The notes under the pieces: generated by a model
Told to the model about the DNA's origin: nothing
Database searches by the model: none
The model's input: the letters and a program-made list of their open reading frames with translations, nothing else
Part shown: positions 48,167-56,736 of the stretch, in pieces
How the letters are laid out: each line of letters starts with the position of its first letter
Numbering within the stretch: the stretch's first letter is position 1
DNA from: Flavobacteriales bacterium
GTDB lineage: Bacteria; Bacteroidota; Bacteroidia; Flavobacteriales_D; Sanyastnellaceae
Assembly: GCA_947466425.1 (NCBI GenBank)
Contig: CANIBZ010000008.1
Location: 6,406-70,405, forward strand
Length of the DNA: 64,000 nucleotides
Direction: 5' to 3'
Position numbers and translations under genes: made by a program

Positions 48167-50007
48167 GTGCCATCATTCATCCGAAAGAAACGCATCTCGT
48201 GCGAAAAACACTCGAGCGCATGAATGCTGCTATGGCTCATCGCGGGCCAGATGCAGATGGTATTTATACAAACGAACATATTGGCCTAGGACATAGACGT
48301 CTTTCAATTATAGACACGGAAAATTCAGCGAATCAGCCCATGCTTTCTTCCAACAAAACTTGGGTGATCGCATTCAATGGTGAGATCTACAATTATGTTG
48401 AATTGAAAGGCAAGGAACTTCAAGGTGTAGAGTTTCAAACTGAAAGCGACACCGAAGTCATTCTTGAATTATTCGATAAATTCGGAACCGAAGCCATTGC
48501 CATGTTGAAAGGGATGTTCGCTTTTGTTCTTCATCATATTCCAACCAACGAAACGTACGTGGTTCGAGACAGATATGGCATGAAGCCTTTGTATTATTCA
48601 TTACAAAATGAGGGTTTTTTCGTTGCCTCTGAGTTACACGCTTTGCTCGCAAGTGATTGCATTCCTAGGAAACTAAACCGAATTGCTCTTGAAGAATACA
48701 TAGAGACGCAAACGGTTTGTGCGCCAAATACTTTGATTGAAAAAGTGAAATTGTTGGAGGCAGGCCATTACTTGCATTTCAAGCAAAAAGAAATTTCAAA
48801 ACATTGCTACTACCGACTATTAAGCGATACGTCATTCGAGTTAACAGACGAGAAAAGTTCGCAAGAATTACTGCGTTCAACCATGCGTGAATCTGTTATG
48901 CAACATATGCGCGCAGATGTTCCGTTCGGTGCATTTCTGAGCGGCGGAATTGACTCCTCTCTGCTTGTTGGATTAATGAGTGAAGTTCGAAGTGAAAAAA
49001 TAAATACGTTTCAGATTTCTTTTGAAGAAGAAGCCTTCGACGAACGAAAATATGCGCAACTCGTTGCAAAGAAATTCAACACTGATCATCACGAAATAAA
49101 CCTCAGCGCGAATGACTTTCTGAAAGACATTCCCGCAGCCATAGCCGCTATCGACTTTCCAAGTGGCGATGGACCAAACACCTATGCGGTTTCGAAAGCC
49201 GCGAAGGAAGCAGGTATTACAGTAGCTATTTCCGGATTAGGTGGAGATGAATTGTTCGCAGGTTACCCCGTATTTCAATACATGCAAAGCATTGAGCAAT
49301 CATTTTTGTTGAAGTTGTCTTATCCTTTGAGAAAATCGGCTTCGTCGTTACTGAAAGCTACTACTTCCAGCAGATCGTTGCGCAAAAAAGCAGAGCTCTT
49401 AGGTTTGCCAAAAGCTAATTTAGCTTCAGCTTTTCCATTGGTAAGAAATGTTTGGAAGGCCAATGAACTAATCACAAGAACTACCAAGCACTTCGAAGTT
49501 GAAAATAATTTCAATTTCATTTTTGCAAAAAACGCTCCTTTGTTAAATCGTGTTTCAGCTGCTGAAATTGAATCTTATATGCAACATGTTTTGCTTCGCG
49601 ACAGCGATCAAATGAGCATGGCGCATTCATTAGAAATTCGTGTGCCATTCTTAGATCACAACGTCGTTGAATTAGCCACGCATCTTTCAAGTAATCTGAA
49701 GAATCCTACTTCGCCCAAAAAATTTCTTACTGAAACTTTCTCTGATATTCTTCCCCACGAAGTGGTAAACAGAAAGAAAATGGGATTCACACTGCCTTGG
49801 AGCCTTTGGATGAAGAAGGAACTCAGAGACTTTACTGAACAAGGTTTTCAGGTTTTATTCGACCAAGAAGTGGTCAATGAAAAAGTATTGAAAAACGCAT
49901 GGAATAAATTCTTACTAGGAAACGAAGAAAAGTCTTTCATTTCCTTTTGGCATTTATCGGTTTTAGGACATTGGATGAAAAACAACCAGATAAAATTCGA
50001 AGCATGA
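48154..50007 (+). CDS. Asparagine synthase (glutamine-hydrolysing) family amidotransferase
   Basis: 617 aa. N-terminal MCGI (Cys2 nucleophile), and SGGIDSS (PP-loop). Confidence 0.85.
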   Translation: MCGISAIIHPKETHLVRKTLERMNAAMAHRGPDADGIYTNEHIGLGHRRLSIIDTENSANQPMLSSNKTWVIAFNGEIYNYVELKGKELQGVEFQTESDTEVILELFDKFGTEAIAMLKGMFAFVLHHIPTNETYVVRDRYGMKPLYYSLQNEGFFVASELHALLASDCIPRKLNRIALEEYIETQTVCAPNTLIEKVKLLEAGHYLHFKQKEISKHCYYRLLSDTSFELTDEKSSQELLRSTMRESVMQHMRADVPFGAFLSGGIDSSLLVGLMSEVRSEKINTFQISFEEEAFDERKYAQLVAKKFNTDHHEINLSANDFLKDIPAAIAAIDFPSGDGPNTYAVSKAAKEAGITVAISGLGGDELFAGYPVFQYMQSIEQSFLLKLSYPLRKSASSLLKATTSSRSLRKKAELLGLPKANLASAFPLVRNVWKANELITRTTKHFEVENNFNFIFAKNAPLLNRVSAAEIESYMQHVLLRDSDQMSMAHSLEIRVPFLDHNVVELATHLSSNLKNPTSPKKFLTETFSDILPHEVVNRKKMGFTLPWSLWMKKELRDFTEQGFQVLFDQEVVNEKVLKNAWNKFLLGNEEKSFISFWHLSVLGHWMKNNQIKFEA

Positions 50008-51125
50008 AAATAATGGTTTTCACCGATTGGTTTTTCCCCGGATCACAAGCTGGTGGTCCTATTCAATCGTTGATTTCATTCATGAAGTTCAGTTCAGATT
50101 CCTTTTTTGTTATTACAAGAAATACCGATTTAAACAGCTTCATTCCATACTCCAACGTTCGCTCCAATGCCTGGCAAGAAAGCTTTCAAGAAAACATTCA
50201 GGTGTATTATTTGAATGAAAATTCACTGACTGAAGATTTCATTTTAAAAATTTATTCTGAAATAAATCCAGACCGCGTTTACCTGAATTCCATGTGGTCA
50301 CCGAAATTTACGTTGCTTCCTTTGAAGGTCTTTCGTAAAATAAATTTATCTTCAAAGGTTGTGCTTGCCCCCCGCGGAATGCTGAAGCCGGCGGCTTTCA
50401 ATCAAAAAGGATTCAAGAAAAAAATGTTCCTGTTATTGGCTAAATTCAACCAACTGTATGCGAACATTACCTGGCACGCAACAAGCGAGGTGGAGAAAAA
50501 TGAGATCCTTCAACGATTTCCAACAGCCGTCATTCGCATTGCGCCAAATATTTCCAACGCTTCAATTTCAGAAAGAAAAAAGGAATTGACTTCCCCCTTT
50601 CGAATCCTAACCGTTGGAAGAATAAGTCCTGAAAAGGGTTATTACGAAGCAATAGAGACATTCTCGAATTGGAAGCCGCAGACTTCAGTTCATTGGGAAA
50701 TTGTTGGCTTGGAAGAAAATTCAGAACTCGTAAAGTCCATTCGTTCAATGGCAAATGAGAATGCTCTGATTCAGATTACGCTTCATGGACATAAAAATCA
50801 AGAAGAACTGACCGAGTTTTATGAAAATGCCCATCTATTTTTCTTACCAACTCGTGGTGAAAATTACGGGCATGCCATTGCAGAAGCTCTTTCCTATGGC
50901 ATTCCTGTTGTTATTTCGGATCATACCCCATGGAAAAATCTAGAAGAAGCCAATGCAGGAAAAGCGTCTTCTCTCAATCCAATAAAACTTATTGAAGGAC
51001 TCAATTTCTTCTTGAATTTAAATCCTGACGAATATCAACGATGGTCTATAGGCGCCACGAAGTACGCCAAGCATCATGTAAATTCTCCCGAAACCCTAGC
51101 ACAAAATAAAACCCTCTTCGCCTAA
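50004..51125 (+). CDS. Glycosyltransferase family 4 (GT-B)
   Basis: The ATG at 50004 overlaps the asnB-like stop (ATGA). GRISPEKG and RGENYGHAIAEALSYGIP (EX7E). Confidence 0.75.
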   Translation: MKIMVFTDWFFPGSQAGGPIQSLISFMKFSSDSFFVITRNTDLNSFIPYSNVRSNAWQESFQENIQVYYLNENSLTEDFILKIYSEINPDRVYLNSMWSPKFTLLPLKVFRKINLSSKVVLAPRGMLKPAAFNQKGFKKKMFLLLAKFNQLYANITWHATSEVEKNEILQRFPTAVIRIAPNISNASISERKKELTSPFRILTVGRISPEKGYYEAIETFSNWKPQTSVHWEIVGLEENSELVKSIRSMANENALIQITLHGHKNQEELTEFYENAHLFFLPTRGENYGHAIAEALSYGIPVVISDHTPWKNLEEANAGKASSLNPIKLIEGLNFFLNLNPDEYQRWSIGATKYAKHHVNSPETLAQNKTLFA

Positions 51126-51138
51126 TCCCTTTTGCGTG

Positions 51139-51198
51139 GCATCTTGCGAAGCATCTTGTGAAACATTTTTCGAAGAATCTTGCATCGCATCTTTCCCT
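51139..51198. repeat. Five degenerate tandem 12-mers (GCATCTTGCGAA-like)
   Basis: gcatcttgcgaa / gcatcttgtgaa / acatttttcgaa / gaatcttgcatc / gcatctttccct, read directly. It begins 14 nt after the last GT stop and ends 70 nt before rimK. Confidence 0.6.
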
Positions 51199-51268
51199 CA
51201 GAATAAATTACATACACTTAACAATTCCAATAAAGATTAGTTGTTAATTTGCCCTACACAATTCCATC

Positions 51269-52141
51269 ATGAACTTAGTAGTACTTTCTCGAAACGTGAA
51301 GCTTTATAGCACCAAACGTTTGGTTGAGGCCGCTCAGAAAAGAGGCCACGAAATTCGCGTTATCGATCACTCGAAATGCGACTTAGTTATTGAAAAGAAA
51401 AAACCAAAAGTGCTTTATCGCGGTGAAGAGATAACAGGCGTAAACGCTGTTATTCCGCGTATTGGAGCTTCCGTTACTTTTTATGGAACTGCTGTGGTTC
51501 GTCAGTTTGAAATGATGAATGTTTTCACTGCAGTGGAATCTCAAGCATTGGTTCGTTCACGCGATAAACTGCGCAGCTTACAGATATTATCTCGTGCTGG
51601 ATTAGGTCTTCCGAAAACCGTGTTCACCAACTATTCAAAAGACGTTGAACGCACCTTGAGAGAAGTTGGAGGTGCACCCGTTATTATAAAACTTTTAGAG
51701 GGCACCCAAGGTTTGGGAGTTGTACTTGCCGAAAATAAAAAAGCCGCTGTTTCCGTAATTGAAGCGTTCAACGGTTTGAAAGCCCGCGTCATTGTTCAAG
51801 AGTTCATTAAAGAATCGCGCGGAGAAGACATTCGTGCATTTGTCGTAGACGGGCATGTTGTAGGCGCAATGGTGCGTACAGCAAAGGAAGGAGAGTTCCG
51901 CAGCAATTTGCATAGAGGCGGAACAGCAAAAGTGATTGAGCTTACCCTTGAAGAGGAAATTGCAGCCATTAAAGCAGCAAATGCTATGAAATTAGGAATC
52001 GCAGGAGTAGACATGCTTCGCAGCGAAAGAGGTCCACTAATTATTGAAGTAAACTCTTCTCCGGGCTTAGAGGGAATTGAAATGGCAACAGGCGTGGACA
52101 TTGCTGGACAAATCATCAAGTATATTGAAAAGAACGTGTAA
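51269..52141 (+). CDS. rimK: RimK-family ATP-grasp alpha-L-glutamate ligase
   Basis: 290 aa. Typical RimK N-terminus ([23 protein letters not shown]), and [10 protein letters not shown]. Confidence 0.85.
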   Translation: MNLVVLSRNVKLYSTKRLVEAAQKRGHEIRVIDHSKCDLVIEKKKPKVLYRGEEITGVNAVIPRIGASVTFYGTAVVRQFEMMNVFTAVESQALVRSRDKLRSLQILSRAGLGLPKTVFTNYSKDVERTLREVGGAPVIIKLLEGTQGLGVVLAENKKAAVSVIEAFNGLKARVIVQEFIKESRGEDIRAFVVDGHVVGAMVRTAKEGEFRSNLHRGGTAKVIELTLEEEIAAIKAANAMKLGIAGVDMLRSERGPLIIEVNSSPGLEGIEMATGVDIAGQIIKYIEKNV

Positions 52142-52194
52142 ATAGTTCTGCTTGTTTGTGAGCGCTTAGGTGTAAATTGCGAAAAAATTTTACC

Positions 52195-53340
52195 ATGCGT
52201 TTCGGAACCAAAGCCATTCACGCGGGACAAGAGCCCGATCCAACCACAGGAGCCATCATGACTCCTATTTATCAGACTTCAACTTACGTTCAGGAATCTC
52301 CAGGAGTTCACAAAGGGTATGCCTATGCGCGCGGTAAAAACCCCACGCGTGTTGCGCTGGAACGTTGTTTAGCTGAATTGGAAAATGCAAAACACGGCTT
52401 GTGTTTTTCAAGCGGAATGGGAGCAGCTGATGCTATTATTAAACTTCTTGTTCCTGGCGATGAAGTCATTGCTACAGATGACTTATACGGCGGAAGCTAC
52501 CGCATGTTCACTAAGGTTTTTGCAAAATACGGAATTGTTTTTCACTTTGTAGACATGCATGATTTCGATTTGCTTGAAAAAACAGTGAACGAAAAAACGA
52601 AAATGCTTTGGGTGGAAACTCCAACCAACCCCATGATGAAAATCATAGACATTGAAAGATGCGTGGCGCTCGCAAAAAAGCACCATTTGATTTCTGTCAT
52701 TGACAACACTTTTGCTTCGCCATACCTTCAAAATCCGTTAGACATGAACGCGGATATTGTTATGCATAGCGCTACAAAATATTTGAACGGACACAGCGAT
52801 GTTGTGATGGGCGCCTTGTGCACCAACGACGACAACTTATACGAGCAATTGGCATTCATTGCGAATTCATGCGGCGCAACGCCGGGTCCACAAGACAGTT
52901 TCTTGGTACTCCGCGGATTGAAAACATTGCATGTTCGCATGGAAAGACATTGTTCGAACGGTGTTGTAGTAGCGAACTTCTTGGCTAACCATCCAAAGGT
53001 TGAAAAGGTTTACTGGCCTGGTTTCCCTTCCCATCCGAATCATGAAGTTGCTAAAAAACAAATGCGCGATTTCGGTGGAATGATTTCGTTCAGCTTGAAA
53101 GGAGATCGTTTCGAGGACGCATCTACTCTAGCTCAAAACGTACACGTTTTCTCTTTAGCTGAATCACTCGGTGGAGTTGAATCATTGCTTGGTCATCCAG
53201 CCTCCATGACTCACGCATCTATACCAAAAGCAGAAAGAGAAAAAAGCGGAATCACCGATTCGCTGTTGAGGTTGAGTGTTGGAATTGAAGACGCAGAAGA
53301 CTTGATTGAAGATTTAACAAATGCATTAAATGCTATCTAA
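52195..53340 (+). CDS. Cys/Met-metabolism PLP-dependent enzyme (cystathionine gamma-synthase / beta- or gamma-lyase family)
   Basis: FGTKAIHAG and SATKYLNGHSD (PLP lysine). ATG at 52195 is preferred over TTG at 52177. Confidence 0.85.
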   Translation: MRFGTKAIHAGQEPDPTTGAIMTPIYQTSTYVQESPGVHKGYAYARGKNPTRVALERCLAELENAKHGLCFSSGMGAADAIIKLLVPGDEVIATDDLYGGSYRMFTKVFAKYGIVFHFVDMHDFDLLEKTVNEKTKMLWVETPTNPMMKIIDIERCVALAKKHHLISVIDNTFASPYLQNPLDMNADIVMHSATKYLNGHSDVVMGALCTNDDNLYEQLAFIANSCGATPGPQDSFLVLRGLKTLHVRMERHCSNGVVVANFLANHPKVEKVYWPGFPSHPNHEVAKKQMRDFGGMISFSLKGDRFEDASTLAQNVHVFSLAESLGGVESLLGHPASMTHASIPKAEREKSGITDSLLRLSVGIEDAEDLIEDLTNALNAI

Positions 53341-53341
53341 G

Positions 53342-54679
53342 ATGAACAAGAAAAACGTTGCCGTTGTTGGGGCTGGATTAGTTGGAAGTTTATGGGCGGT
53401 ATACCTCGCGAAACGAGGATACGCGGTGTCGGTTTTCGATCGTCGCTCAGACATTCGCAACGTGAAAGTTGTTCAAGGAAAAAGCATTAACCTCGCCTTA
53501 AGCGATCGCGGTTGGAAAGGGCTTGAAGGCGCTGGCATTCGCAAAGAAATTGAAGAAGTCGCCCTTCCTATGAGCGGTAGACTTATGCACGCAGTGACAG
53601 GAGAACTCACCTACCAACCTTACGGTAAAGAAGGGCAAGCCATATACAGTGTTTCTAGAGGAATTCTGAATCAAACATTGGTGCGTTGCGCAGCTGAATT
53701 CGAAAACGTTTCGCTGAACTTCGAACACAAATGTGTAGACGTTGAACTCGATACGAACACCATTGTTTTCGAAGGGAAAAATGGCGAACACGTTCGTCAA
53801 CAATTCGATCAGATCTTCGGAACTGACGGAGCGTTCAGTGCAGTTCGTGCGCGAATGACGAAGCTCGACCGCAACGAATATTCGCAATCCTATTTAGACC
53901 ACGGCTACAAGGAATTAGAGATTCCAGCAAACGAAGACGGTACGCACAAAATGCGTCACGATTGTTTACACATTTGGCCACGCGGTGAATTCATGATGAT
54001 TGCACTTCCAAATATTGACGGAAGTTTCACCTGCACACTCTTCTTTCCTTTTGAAGGCGAAGTCTCTTTCGAGAAATTGAAAACAGAACAAGACGTTCTT
54101 GATTTCTTCGAGAAATATTTCCCAGATGCGAAAGCCATGATGCCGGAATTGTTGCTCGATTTCAATACGAATCCTACCGCAAGTTTAGTCATGACCAAAT
54201 GCAATCCTTGGAACTACAAAAACCAAGTGGCGCTCATGGGTGATTCGGCACATGCCATTGTTCCCTTCTACGGACAAGGCATGAACAGCGGGTTTGAGGA
54301 CTGCAGCGAGCTGAACAGACTTATGTCTGAAATGGGTGAAGACCATCCAGAACTTTTGAAAGAATACGGAAAAATACGCAAGCCAAACGGTGACGCTATT
54401 TTAGAACTCGCTCTTCGCAATTACATTGAGATGCGCGATTTGACCGCCGATAAAGATTTCCTTCTTCAGAAGAAAATTGAAGGTCGCTTTGCAACGAAGT
54501 ATCCCGAAAAATGGATCCCACTTTATTCACAAGTTACCTTCAGTCACATTCCTTATCACGAAGCACTGAGCAGTGGAATTCGTCAGAATGAAATCATGAA
54601 GGAAGTCATGAACAGACCAGACATTGAAGCCGTTTGGGACAGCGAAGAGATTGAAAACGAAATTCTAAAACGAATTTAA
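53342..54679 (+). CDS. kmo: Kynurenine 3-monooxygenase
   Basis: It matches human KMO by eye along its length: VAVVGAGLVGSL, KSINLALS, LHIWPR..FMMIALPN..SFTCTLF, GDSAHAIVPFYGQGMNSGFEDC, NYIEMR, and PLYSQVTFSHIPYHEA. Confidence 0.9.
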   Translation: MNKKNVAVVGAGLVGSLWAVYLAKRGYAVSVFDRRSDIRNVKVVQGKSINLALSDRGWKGLEGAGIRKEIEEVALPMSGRLMHAVTGELTYQPYGKEGQAIYSVSRGILNQTLVRCAAEFENVSLNFEHKCVDVELDTNTIVFEGKNGEHVRQQFDQIFGTDGAFSAVRARMTKLDRNEYSQSYLDHGYKELEIPANEDGTHKMRHDCLHIWPRGEFMMIALPNIDGSFTCTLFFPFEGEVSFEKLKTEQDVLDFFEKYFPDAKAMMPELLLDFNTNPTASLVMTKCNPWNYKNQVALMGDSAHAIVPFYGQGMNSGFEDCSELNRLMSEMGEDHPELLKEYGKIRKPNGDAILELALRNYIEMRDLTADKDFLLQKKIEGRFATKYPEKWIPLYSQVTFSHIPYHEALSSGIRQNEIMKEVMNRPDIEAVWDSEEIENEILKRI

Positions 54680-56736
54680 AACTGCATACGCATTTGCAGT
54701 GTGCAATCTGTTTTTCGAAATCCGCTAATCATTGAATTTCCCGAAGAGATAAAATCTCGATCGGTGTAAGTCCATTTTGCTATTCTAAACCACACATCTA
54801 TGTTTCTTCGAACATCGAATTTGAAGATGCCGTAGATTCTTGCTCCCTTTCCGTAGTATGCAGGAATGCTGTAGCTGTAGAGCACGTCGTTCTCATAAGC
54901 ATACAATCGTGCATTCCATGTATCTGATTGAAACAATGCGTAACGAATCGTTACGCTAATTGGAACATTCATCTTCTTCCAAATCACATCTTGAAAAACC
55001 AGATATCCAGATTCATTTGGAAGTCCTTCCTCGTTGGTTTTGACAAATTCCAATCGACTGTGTAACTTCAAACTTTCTGTTGGACTGAAAATAAAATTCA
55101 ATCGAATTTGCTGCGAAAGCTTATCAACTGGAAAATCGATTCTATTTAAAACAGTTCTATCAATCGAGGTTCTTCGAATGCGCATGCGCGCATAGAACTC
55201 GTGCTTCTTGTCGGGTTTGTAATTGAATTGAATAAGATTATCACTAAAGCTCGAAGGCCCTGTGACTTGATAACGCAACCATGGAAATTGAACACCATCT
55301 GTGTATGCATTCACACTTATTTTCTTCGACAATTGCGCTTGAACACTTGCATACACTCCTCTCTCATTCGAAGGAAAAACACTGTTTCCTTCCGCAATTA
55401 CATTCGAGTAAACCGATTGAAAATCTTGATTGAAATTCCGTAATAGAACCGTTGCGGAAACGCGCGAATGCAACGCTGCCGTTAGACCTGAGACGTATGC
55501 CCATGAATTGTTCGAGCTGCGAGAAACTTCTCCAAACAGCGAAACATTTTGCCACACACCTTCCGCATAGATTCCAACAGCGTTCTGTGATTTTCCGGTG
55601 AATTTCCCGTTCGCATACCAATCTGTTCGTACTGCTATAGAATCGCTCCAACTTCGCTGTACCGCGACAGTTCCGAGTTTCCACATTCCTTTTTGAACTT
55701 GAATATTTTCGCCTGAAACAATTTCAGTCAACATATTCTTCTTAGCGATTTCACTTTCCGTTCGGTGCAAACCTCCCAAAAGAATTGAGCTTACGGCCAT
55801 GCCATCGTCAGTAAGAACAGTATCTGCATTGAATGTGGCATCTAACTTTCTTCGCGAAGCGAAAACAGTTGCACTTAAGAATTTATTTCCAATTGTAACG
55901 CCCACTCCTCGAAAAAACGAACTTTCGTTCACCGAAGAATAAGGCTTCAATCCTTGTGCATTTCGCTTCACCTGCACACTGAACGAAGACTTTCCAAATG
56001 CCATGCTGTTCCAACAGGTAAGGCCTTGTCCAAACTGAACCTGGTAATCGCCAATAACCAATTGCTTCAACGCTTTCGCTTCACGAATAAACAACGATGC
56101 ACTTTTAAAATCAGGTCCATTTCTTAGCGGTTCACCAATGTCATTTTCGAATGTCATTCCAACCAAAATATTTCTTCGGTATTGAAAACGATAACGCATG
56201 TATGTTCCGTATTCACTTCCCAAAAAATTACTTTTTCCAGTTGTTGGATCTGGGATAAATCCCGCTTGCTCTTGCAGGGTTCGTTTCGAACGAAGCATAA
56301 TGTCGTGCGTTCCTTCCTCACGTAATCTTCGAAATGAAAAATCAGAAAATCCATCATCTTCATGCACATATACAAACGGCTGTATCCAACGAATGGTGGG
56401 CAGATTCATTCCAACCACACTCTGCAATTCAAAAATGCTTTTCAATTTTCCAAAGGAATTTATGTGTTTGAAGAGTGCATTTATCTGGGTATCGCTAAGC
56501 ACGAACAGCGATTGCAAGGAAAGCGCGTCGGCTGTGTTCAAATTAATCGGATGACGAGCGAAGTAGGTCAAGTCTTCGGTGAGTGAAGAGTAATCCACTT
56601 CACTTCCTTCTTCCAAAAAACTTGAAATAGTTTCAATACGCTGTTCAACCAACGCGTTGCTCTCTTCCTGCGCGAAGAGCGAAATTCCCTTCCAACCGAA
56701 AAGAAAAAAAAGAAGCAATTTACTTTTCCATTTCAT
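54676..56736 (-). CDS. Helix-hairpin-helix (ComEA-type) domain protein fused to a large predicted outer-membrane beta-barrel-like region
   Basis: 686 aa. Signal peptide, an HhH unit (INLNTADALSLQSL...FGKLKSIFELQSVVG), a beta-rich C-terminal region of about 550 aa, and a terminal Phe (MRMQF). Confidence 0.6.
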   Translation of the reverse strand: MKWKSKLLLFFLFGWKGISLFAQEESNALVEQRIETISSFLEEGSEVDYSSLTEDLTYFARHPINLNTADALSLQSLFVLSDTQINALFKHINSFGKLKSIFELQSVVGMNLPTIRWIQPFVYVHEDDGFSDFSFRRLREEGTHDIMLRSKRTLQEQAGFIPDPTTGKSNFLGSEYGTYMRYRFQYRRNILVGMTFENDIGEPLRNGPDFKSASLFIREAKALKQLVIGDYQVQFGQGLTCWNSMAFGKSSFSVQVKRNAQGLKPYSSVNESSFFRGVGVTIGNKFLSATVFASRRKLDATFNADTVLTDDGMAVSSILLGGLHRTESEIAKKNMLTEIVSGENIQVQKGMWKLGTVAVQRSWSDSIAVRTDWYANGKFTGKSQNAVGIYAEGVWQNVSLFGEVSRSSNNSWAYVSGLTAALHSRVSATVLLRNFNQDFQSVYSNVIAEGNSVFPSNERGVYASVQAQLSKKISVNAYTDGVQFPWLRYQVTGPSSFSDNLIQFNYKPDKKHEFYARMRIRRTSIDRTVLNRIDFPVDKLSQQIRLNFIFSPTESLKLHSRLEFVKTNEEGLPNESGYLVFQDVIWKKMNVPISVTIRYALFQSDTWNARLYAYENDVLYSYSIPAYYGKGARIYGIFKFDVRRNIDVWFRIAKWTYTDRDFISSGNSMISGFRKTDCTLQMRMQF

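Noticed and set aside
52165-52194. A possible hairpin or riboswitch upstream of the Cys/Met PLP enzyme (ggtgtaaatt...aattttacc)
   Set aside because: The arms do not pair cleanly when checked base by base. The 53-nt intergenic space is also too short for a SAM-type riboswitch.
51796-52230. 144-aa minus-strand ORF
   Set aside because: It is antisense to rimK, which has clear ATP-grasp motifs. It is a shadow ORF.
3649-54679. A possible functional link between kynurenine 3-monooxygenase (53342-54679) and the MbnP-like system (kynurenine cofactor)
   Set aside because: The two are 46 kb apart on opposite strands. KMO acts on free L-kynurenine in the cytoplasm, whereas MbnP kynurenine is a protein-bound periplasmic residue. 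The shared word is coincidental.
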